Assembly: GCA_037447605.1 (NCBI GenBank)
Contig: JBBHKD010000045.1
Location: 1 to 10,165 of the forward strand
Direction of reading: 5' to 3'
DNA length: 10,165 bases
Source of the DNA: Zygnema circumcarinatum SAG 698-1b
Lineage: Eukaryota > Plantae > Zygnematophyceae
Positions within the stretch are counted from its first letter, which is position 1. Each line of letters opens with the position of its first letter. The translations under genes were made by a program, and so were the position numbers. The notes beneath the pieces were generated by a model, which saw only the letters and a program-made list of their open reading frames with translations, was not told the origin of the DNA and searched no databases. Shown piece by piece: positions 8,370 through 10,165 of the stretch.

Positions 8370-8854
8370 GGCACTAACAGCACATGCATTCAACAGCCCG
8401 GCAAAGCGTTCAGCGGCTAGCTACGCGTTCAACAACCCGACTACGCGACTTCCGCGTAAACCTACGCCAGCAGGCCTCGCCCAGGTAGGTAAAATCTTTA
8501 TTCCGCCCGCCCGGCGTACTGCGTCGCCGCCCAGCCCGTACATATCGACCTCCGGTGTAGCGTAGCGGGCGCGTTGGCGAATCGCTGTCCGTTCAATTGT
8601 ACTTGACATATGCACTCTTAGGTATCCGCGGATCCGCGGATCGGGCGCCAGCGGAGATTGAGGGTAAGCGCCATGCGTTGGCGGCCTGGAGCCGGCACAC
8701 CATCCCGGCAGGCGCGCACCGGGAACAGCGGAGAATCGCCCGATTATCATTAGTTGACCTATCCGAAGGCTCCCGCGTAGTCGGTCGAGGCCTCTCGGTG
8801 GGCAGTTAGCCAATCGAGAGGCTGTCACTACTAAGACTCAAGATCTATTGTCAG

Positions 8855-9365
8855 TGTTGAGTAGATGGGATGTCAGTGATGCTGTTTTGTCTTTTAGTGC
8901 TGGGCTTAGTATTTGTATTTGCTGTGTGGTTTGTCTTCTTGTTCTTCTTTCTCCTTCTCTTCTTCCTCTTCAGTTACAGCAACAGATGCTAAGTAAGAGA
9001 GAGAGAGAGAGAGAGTTCCATGCCATAGATAGAGAGAGAGAGGAAGACTCTTCTTGCCGATAGCATTTAGGACGTCCCATCCAGCCCAAAATGTATTGAA
9101 AAGATTTCAAAGTGAGAAGATACTTTCTATCAGAATGACATTCCCTACCCAACCTACTGGTCAGTGAGTTTCCAAGATACAACCTTTATCTAAGTTGAGC
9201 CTTTGTTTTTCCCTTCTTTGTCACTATGCCAAAATTTCGCCATCTTGTCCCTAATCCTGCCTTACGCTTATCCCAATGACGATGATAACTAGAAGCCTAG
9301 CTAAGGAGACGAGGAGAGGAACGAGGGGAAGAGAAAAACTAAGGGAAGGGCTCTTGTACTTATCA
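8855..9365 (+). mobile_element. LTR copy 2, TG...CA, about 511 bp (solo LTR or 5' LTR)
   Basis: Starts TGTTGAGTA and ends TACTTATCA (imperfect terminal inverted repeat). Homologous to 4135-4612 inverted. Flanked by GTCAG (8850-8854) and GTCGG (9366-9370). Contains (AG)10 at 8996-9015. An alternative start at 8849 (TGTCAG) cannot be excluded. Confidence 0.78.
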
Positions 9366-9689
9366 GTCGGCCCGTTAGGAACATCGCCGGGGATCCCTAA
9401 GTCTTAAAAGCTCGCGGCAGTACCTACACGAATCCCGGATCGGCTCTATCTTTACTTGAGCAGACCTGAGAACCAACAACCCTTCCTTAGTTTAGAAGCC
9501 TGAGCAGCGTGTGGCCCGTCACAACACCTGCGGTACAGCTCGGCCGATCTCTGCAACCCCACTTATCTTGGTATCCCGGAGGCGGGTTTGCGAATCCGCG
9601 TACCTTGATCACGTGAAGGCTAGATCATGGCGTATGCGCACGGCCGCCATAGATGAAACGCGGCAAGAGGGACAGCGAGATCTTCATCG

Positions 9690-10165
9690 ATGGCCGGAGG
9701 AAGACTTGGCACCTCAAGAAGAAGCGGAAACGGCGTCGAAGCTCCGAGGACGGATTCAGACTCAGAGGAAGAGGCAGTCAGAGAGCTACTGAAAATGGGC
9801 ATCACCGAGGAGAACCCTTATCCCAGTCTGGCTTACCTTGAGCAGATCGAGTCGATTGAAGAGCTACAGCGACTCCGTCTAGGCAGCGATGGCCACCAAC
9901 TCCGCTGGCAGTATGCACGCCGCATGATCAAGCTGGCAGCCTGCCCCGTCGCTGTCACGGCCGCGGATGCCGTGAAGAGAGGAGTGCCGTTTGAACTGCG
10001 GCCCCTACGCGGCCGAGCCAGGGAACACGAGATCTGGTCGGATAACTCACTGCGCCGAAGTCCCTTCAAGCCTGGCGGCCGTACTTGTGATCGAAGCGAG
10101 GAATCATCGAAGACACCCTCACCTCCGGCTTTCCGGCTTACCCATTCGGCGGCCCAGGCGGCGGC
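9690..10165 (+). CDS. Partial ORF of unknown function, open to the window end (possible gag N-terminus)
   Basis: ATG at 9690 followed by 158 codons without a stop (MAGGRLGTSRRSGNGVEAPRTDSDSEEEAVRELLKMGITEENPYPSLAYLEQIESIEELQRLRL...). An upstream in-frame ATG at 9627 is separated by a single TGA at 9654-9656. Lies about 260-325 bp after LTR copy 2. No domain recognised. Confidence 0.55.
   Translation, partial: MAGGRLGTSRRSGNGVEAPRTDSDSEEEAVRELLKMGITEENPYPSLAYLEQIESIEELQRLRLGSDGHQLRWQYARRMIKLAACPVAVTAADAVKRGVPFELRPLRGRAREHEIWSDNSLRRSPFKPGGRTCDRSEESSKTPSPPAFRLTHSAAQAA

Noticed and set aside
1862-8380. CACTAACAG at 1862 and 8372 as CACTA termini
   Set aside because: Same orientation, no inverted partner and no 3-bp TSD.
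8848-9063. Hydrophobic ORF MSVLSRWDVSD... and its match at the tail of ORF 4442..5140
   Set aside because: Translation of LTR sequence including the AG microsatellite; the apparent fusion to integrase is an artefact of the gap.
4135-9365. DIRS/Ngaro-type element
   Set aside because: The element encodes a DDE integrase; no tyrosine recombinase or internal complementary region was found.
9561-9575. ACTTATC-T-TGGTATC as an LTR end plus iMet PBS
   Set aside because: Only a 7-nt PBS match, no CA terminus and no LTR homology upstream.

Overview
Eukaryotic, transposon-dense window with no recognisable host gene. It is probably from the green-plant lineage (inference from TTTAGGG repeats, plant-type PBS-like motifs and Phygy/Selgy/Athila-like RNase H motifs). 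Four 10-N gaps (2972-2981, 4125-4134, 4613-4622, 5209-5218) mean that order and orientation across them depend on scaffolding. Main contents: (1) a disrupted Ty3/gypsy pol on the minus strand (4623-7630; RT-RNase H-integrase, YVDD, HHCC, D-D35E) with no gag or protease visible upstream; (2) two diverged copies of one LTR family in opposite orientations (4135-4612 minus, 8855-9365 plus), the second followed by an unrecognised ORF that runs off the window; (3) a Tc1/mariner-pogo-type MITE (2539-3195, 28-bp TIRs, TA TSD) preceded by two TA-CAG-TA footprint-like units, plus a second related left end at about 3535. The most unusual signal is a diverged ~1.2-kb module present twice in direct orientation (about 534-1800 and 7658-8848). 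Each copy carries a perfectly conserved palindrome CGTGACGTGACA-N4-TGTCACGTCACG whose arms are invariant while the spacer differs.
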